DNA from: an uncultured Methylotenera sp.
GTDB lineage: Bacteria > Pseudomonadota > Gammaproteobacteria > Burkholderiales > Methylophilaceae
Direction: 5' to 3'
Length of the DNA: 44,202 nt
NCBI GenBank assembly: GCA_964652655.1
Contig: CAZZDN010000001.1
Coordinates: 1 to 44,202 of the forward strand
Shown piece after piece: positions 40,035 through 44,202 of the stretch. The notes beneath the pieces were generated by a model. It searched no databases, had not been told where the DNA came from, and worked only from the letters and a program-made list of their open reading frames with translations. The stretch's first letter is position 1. Each line of letters begins with the position of its first letter. The position numbers were made by a program, and so were the translations under genes.

Positions 40035-41369
40035 TTATACATCGGCTTGCAGTTCTTTTGCGGTTTCATGCCAAGGCGCAATTTTTAGCAGTAAGACCAT
40101 GCCGGGGATGGCGATGATAAAACAGAGTATAAAAAAGTCACGCCAGCCCATGCTTTCCACCATATAGCCGGTTGCCGCATTGGCAAATGTGCGTGGCACT
40201 GCAGCCAAGCTGGTAAACAGCGCAAACTGCGTAGCGGTGTAAAGCGGGTGGGTGGTTTTGGCTATGTAGGCAACAAATGCCGCAGTGCCCAGCCCTACTC
40301 CTAGCGCTTCTACGCCGATGACCATGCCAAGCCATAATAAGCGCTCTTGCAGGCTGATACTGCTGCCAAATATATGGAATTCAAGGGTGGCGCTGAATGC
40401 TGTAGGGTTACTTGCAGCGTCTGCTAGCCAGGCAAAGCCCAGGATGGCCAGCATTTGTACCGCACCAAAAATCCATAGTGATTTATTGATCCCGAGTTTA
40501 ATCATCCATAACCCACCAATTAGGCCACCTAGTACGCTAGGCCAAAGCCCTGCATTTTTGGCGATTAAACCGATTTCGGTTTTGCTGAAGCCCATGTCTA
40601 AATAAAATGGTGTGGCAAGCGCGGTTGTCATGCTGTCACCAAGCTTGTAAAGAAAAATAAAGGCTAAAATGAACAGGGCCGATTTTAAGCCGTTGCGTTG
40701 GATAAACTCCTTAAATGGCTCAATAATCGCTGCGCGCAGAGTTTTGGGTGCGCCATATTTTAATGCTGGTTCTGATACCAGTAAGGTCATCACTAGGCCT
40801 GGCAACATAAACAGTGCGGTGATAATAAATACGCTGCTCCACGGCATATGGTCTGCCAGTATCAGTGAAAGTGAGCCAGGGACCAGGCCTGCAATTTTAT
40901 AGGCGTTCACATGAACCGCGTTGCCTAAGCCTAGCTCTGCATCTATCAATAGCTCGCGACGGTAGGCATCTAGCACGATATCTTGACATGCGCTAAAGAA
41001 AGCCACGACTGTGGCTAAATAAGCAATACTCCATATATCAAATTTGGGATTAAAGGCGCCAAATGCTGGAATCGATAGCAACAATAATACCTGCCATACC
41101 ACTAGCCAGCCGCGGCGGCGCCCTAGTGGCGGTGTGAAGCGGTCAAATAGCGGCGCCCACAAAAACTTCCAGGTAAATGGCAGGCTGATTAAGGCAAATA
41201 GGCCGATTGATTTTAAGTCTACTCCTTCGGAGCGCAGCCATGCTGGTAATAGGCTGATTAGAATAAATAGTGGCAGTCCAGAGCTAAACCCAGTAAATAC
41301 GCAGATAAGCATTTTTTTGCTCATCAGTGATTGGCTGATAGTGGGCTGCGCAGATGAAGGTAACGACAT
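40035..41369 (-). CDS. ampG: Muropeptide MFS transporter AmpG
   Basis: GFSSGLP, KFLWAP..D, LGRRRGW, SACQDIVLDAYR, LYKLGD and TATQFALFTSL. Confidence 0.93.
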   Translation of the reverse strand: MSLPSSAQPTISQSLMSKKMLICVFTGFSSGLPLFILISLLPAWLRSEGVDLKSIGLFALISLPFTWKFLWAPLFDRFTPPLGRRRGWLVVWQVLLLLSIPAFGAFNPKFDIWSIAYLATVVAFFSACQDIVLDAYRRELLIDAELGLGNAVHVNAYKIAGLVPGSLSLILADHMPWSSVFIITALFMLPGLVMTLLVSEPALKYGAPKTLRAAIIEPFKEFIQRNGLKSALFILAFIFLYKLGDSMTTALATPFYLDMGFSKTEIGLIAKNAGLWPSVLGGLIGGLWMIKLGINKSLWIFGAVQMLAILGFAWLADAASNPTAFSATLEFHIFGSSISLQERLLWLGMVIGVEALGVGLGTAAFVAYIAKTTHPLYTATQFALFTSLAAVPRTFANAATGYMVESMGWRDFFILCFIIAIPGMVLLLKIAPWHETAKELQADV

Positions 41370-41396
41370 TGCCTGAGTCTAAATTAATTGGGTAAA

Positions 41397-42014
41397 TTAC
41401 TTGGATTTGAGGCGGTACATCGCGAGGCTGCCCAGCAGATTGGGCATGAAGTTCACTTCTTTGCCGTCCGTAATGACGCGGCGCTCTAGTATCTCAATTC
41501 CATGCTGCTGGCAGAAGTCATCAAAGTCGTTAATTGTGCATAAGTGCACGTTAGGCGTGTCATACCATTGGTAAGGTAGCGCTTTTGAAACAGGCATGCG
41601 TCCTGCCGTGATTTGCATGCGGTTGCGCCAATAACCGAAGTTAGGAAAGGTCACGATAATTTCTTTACCTACGCGTAGCATTTCCAGCACAATTTCTTCT
41701 GTGTTGTGCATGGCTTGTAGGGTTTGTGAGAGTATCACGGTATTAAACGACTGGTCTTCAAACCCTGATAAACCGTCCTCTAGATCCATTTGAATCACGT
41801 TGATGCCGTTTTTAACGCAGGCAATCAGGTTGGTGTCGTCTTTTTCTACGCCATAACCTTTAGTTTCTAGTGAGCTGCGTAAAAATTGTAATAATTCACC
41901 ATCGCCGCAGCCTAAATCCAGAACTTTTGTGCCAAATTTCACCCAATTTGCAATAATTGCAAAATCTTGGCGGTACTCAGTGATGTTTTTTGTAATATTT
42001 ACATTATTTTGCAT
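41397..42014 (-). CDS. metW: Methionine biosynthesis protein MetW
   Basis: [35 protein letters not shown] and [11 protein letters not shown] 42014 overlaps the end of metX. Confidence 0.95.
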   Translation of the reverse strand: MQNNVNITKNITEYRQDFAIIANWVKFGTKVLDLGCGDGELLQFLRSSLETKGYGVEKDDTNLIACVKNGINVIQMDLEDGLSGFEDQSFNTVILSQTLQAMHNTEEIVLEMLRVGKEIIVTFPNFGYWRNRMQITAGRMPVSKALPYQWYDTPNVHLCTINDFDDFCQQHGIEILERRVITDGKEVNFMPNLLGSLAMYRLKSK

Positions 42015-43146
42015 GGTTACCACCAACTTCAATGTTGCTTAAATAGGTACGCAAAATGGCGTGGTAATGTTTATCTGGCATTAAGAATGCATCATGGCCG
42101 TGAGCGGCCGTGACTTCTGCGTAGCTGACGGTACTTTCGTTATCGAGCAAGGCTTTGACAATCTCACGTGAGCGTGCGGGCGAGAAGCGCCAGTCGCTGG
42201 TGAACGATAGCACTAAGAATTTAGCCTTGGCTTGGCTAAGAGCTTTGCTTAAATCACCATCGTAAGCGCGTGCTGGATCATAGTAGTCTAGCGCGCGTGT
42301 CATGCGTAAATAAGTATTTGCATCAAATTCACCCGCAAACTTATCGCCTTGGTAACGCAAGTAAGATTCCATTTCAAACTCAACGTTAAAACTGTATTTA
42401 ATGTCGTCTTTCAGTTTGCGTCCGAATTTTTCACCCATCGCGTCATCGCTTAAATAGGTGATGTGACCCAGCATGCGCGCGATGCGTAGGCCACGGCGTG
42501 GTACCACGCCATGCTCGTAGTAGTCACCACCGTGAAACTCAGGGTCTGTGATGATGGCTTGACGTGCTACTTCGTTAAACGCAATATTCTGTGCCGTCAG
42601 ATTTGGTGCCGATGCAATGACCAAGGCGTGACGAACGCGCTCTGGGTAAGCGATGGTCCATTGCAGCGCCTGCATGCCGCCAAGGCTTCCGCCGATGACG
42701 GCAGCGAGTTGTGTAATGCCAAGTTGATCTAACAAGCGTGCTTGCGAATTTACCCAGTCTTCAACCGTGACAATCGGGAAAGCTGAACCCCATGGCTTGC
42801 CTGTGTCAGGGTTGATGCTTATCGGGCCAGAGCTGCCATGACAGCCGCCTAGGTTATTCACGCCAATCACAAAAAATTTATTGGTGTCTAGCGGCTTGCC
42901 CGGACCGACTAAATTGTCCCACCAGCCAGGGTATTTGTCCTGTTCTGAATATTTACCGGCTACATGATGCGTGCCTGATAACGCGTGGCAAATAAGTACT
43001 GCGTTAGACTTATCGGCATTTAATGTGCCGTAGGTTTCGTAGACAAGATTGAATTGTGCTAGCACTGCACCGCTTTTTAGCGTAAGCGGCTCGTTAAAGT
43101 GTGCGGTTTGTGGGGCAACAATGCCGATAGAGTTATTTTCAGACAT
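42004..43146 (-). CDS. metX: Homoserine O-acyltransferase MetX (probably the succinyl type given the pairing with metW; not determinable from sequence alone)
   Basis: YETYG.LN...[16 protein letters not shown], nucleophile [14 protein letters not shown] and HGHDAFL. Confidence 0.95.
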   Translation of the reverse strand: MSENNSIGIVAPQTAHFNEPLTLKSGAVLAQFNLVYETYGTLNADKSNAVLICHALSGTHHVAGKYSEQDKYPGWWDNLVGPGKPLDTNKFFVIGVNNLGGCHGSSGPISINPDTGKPWGSAFPIVTVEDWVNSQARLLDQLGITQLAAVIGGSLGGMQALQWTIAYPERVRHALVIASAPNLTAQNIAFNEVARQAIITDPEFHGGDYYEHGVVPRRGLRIARMLGHITYLSDDAMGEKFGRKLKDDIKYSFNVEFEMESYLRYQGDKFAGEFDANTYLRMTRALDYYDPARAYDGDLSKALSQAKAKFLVLSFTSDWRFSPARSREIVKALLDNESTVSYAEVTAAHGHDAFLMPDKHYHAILRTYLSNIEVGGNHAK

Positions 43147-43194
43147 AGTTTGATTATACTATGCCAGACTGCAAAAGTTTATGTTGCTAACGCG

Positions 43195-43677
43195 CTATGT
43201 GCCGATGTGTATAAATTTTTGTTGTGTCAGGTCATGGCGATGCCATGCCCCATTCTTAAAAGCCTCGATTAGTTGACGCGCCCGCCCCGCGGCCATGCCG
43301 TTAAATCCCGGGTGGTCTTGGTCAAGATAGTCGTTCAAGCCAGTAAATGAGGCCATTTCCTCACGCGTGACATGTTCGTAACTCATGCTCCATTCACTAA
43401 AGCTGCGCTGTGTGATGGATTCTCTAATCAATTTCACTACGTGATGGTTGCGTTTGTCTAGGCAGATTTTTTCGTATAGGGTATCTACCATGAGCTCTTC
43501 ACCTTCTAGCACTTGAAAAAAGCAGTTATCCATGTATAGCAGCATACCGGTGATGCCATGTCGCTGATTGGAAGTTCGTGCCGAATCAAGCAGTGATAGT
43601 AATTCGTCATGCGTCATCGGGTGTGCTGCGACACTAGTGTAAGCTAGCAGGATAAGTTGATCAGTCATGGGGTTCAT
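43195..43677 (-). CDS. Stand-alone BLUF blue-light photoreceptor
   Basis: AYTS (conserved Tyr), N...GITGMLL, FFQVLEG (conserved Gln), LYEKI..DKR.H and F.EWSM (Trp/Met), followed by a short helical C-terminal extension. Confidence 0.9.
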   Translation of the reverse strand: MNPMTDQLILLAYTSVAAHPMTHDELLSLLDSARTSNQRHGITGMLLYMDNCFFQVLEGEELMVDTLYEKICLDKRNHHVVKLIRESITQRSFSEWSMSYEHVTREEMASFTGLNDYLDQDHPGFNGMAAGRARQLIEAFKNGAWHRHDLTQQKFIHIGT

Positions 43678-43823
43678 GCGCCTCGATGATGAGAGCTAAT
43701 ACTTATCAGACATGCGCTTCGCGTATTTGTTCAAGTGCAGGTATGCGCAAGAGAGGTGGGTTGCGAGTGTTTTTTTGTGTTAGCTATTGGCTGGTGTTAC
43801 TGTTATGGCTAAGTGCAAGGATG

Positions 43824-44202
43824 CTAGTCCCAGTGAGTGCTTACTATTAGTGGGTTTTTGCCTATGGTGACGCGGTCATTTGCACCTAGATCTTTGATGG
43901 TCTCGATATTCACTAACCCGCTTTCTGCCATGAGTTCTGTCACCAAATGTGCTTGATTGTAGCCGTGCTCTAGCATCAGCCAGCCTTGAGGCTGTAGATG
44001 GATTAAGCTGTGCGCGATGATTTCACGTATATCATCCAAACCATCTACACCAGAGGCTAGCGCTGTGATGGGTTCAAATCTTAAATCCCCCTGGCTTAGG
44101 TGTGGGTCATGTTGCTCAATATAGGGAGGGTTGCTGACAATCAAGTTAAATCTTTCACCTTCGACCGCCGAAAACCAGTGGCTTAAGCTGAAGTTTACCT
44201 GT
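43824..44202 (-). CDS. prmC: Release factor glutamine methyltransferase PrmC/HemK, C-terminal part (5' end beyond the window)
   Basis: The frame is open to the window edge (..SHWFSAVEGERFNLIVSNPPYI). Also GDLRFEP..AL and LEHGYNQ. Confidence 0.94.
   Translation of the reverse strand, partial: QVNFSLSHWFSAVEGERFNLIVSNPPYIEQHDPHLSQGDLRFEPITALASGVDGLDDIREIIAHSLIHLQPQGWLMLEHGYNQAHLVTELMAESGLVNIETIKDLGANDRVTIGKNPLIVSTHWD

Noticed and set aside
43147-43194. Possible SAM riboswitch upstream of metX
   Set aside because: The gap is only 48 bp and I could not find SAM-II, SAM-V or SAH consensus elements. It looks like a plain promoter.

Overview
A gene-dense chromosomal window, mostly housekeeping, from a betaproteobacterium. 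Gene content, synteny and a moderate GC content suggest Methylophilaceae (Methylotenera-like); this assignment is an inference. Left part: metH (5'-truncated), mpl, a TonB3-like gene and a 2Fe-2S ferredoxin on +; ispH, nudB, nadA and a HIT gene on -; purU on +; lptM (missed by the ORF track) and lysA on -. Next is a visibly AT-richer type IV minor-pilin cassette (pilE-fimT-pilV-pilW-pilX-pilY1) that ends in a TonB-like ORF. A roughly 15.5 kb minus-strand run follows: mreBCD-mrdA-rodA-rlpA-dacA-ybeD-lipB-lipA-gshA-gshB-apbE-NusG-II protein-Gx transporter-DUF3108. The right part holds gatCAB, a DUF4124 gene, pyrE/xth, and prmC (truncated)-BLUF-metX-metW-ampG. I saw no rRNA, tRNA, CRISPR array, transposase or integrase. 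The best candidates for undescribed biology are four: (i) the overlapping apbE/NusG-II/Gx/DUF3108 module, which looks like a Gram-negative periplasmic flavin/redox module attached to glutathione and lipoate synthesis; (ii) three proteins with TonB-type SxxxH anchors, one of them coupled to the pilin operon; (iii) paired ACCG-N5/6-CGGT boxes 21 bp apart upstream of the pilin operon; (iv) several drifting intergenic tandem-repeat arrays.
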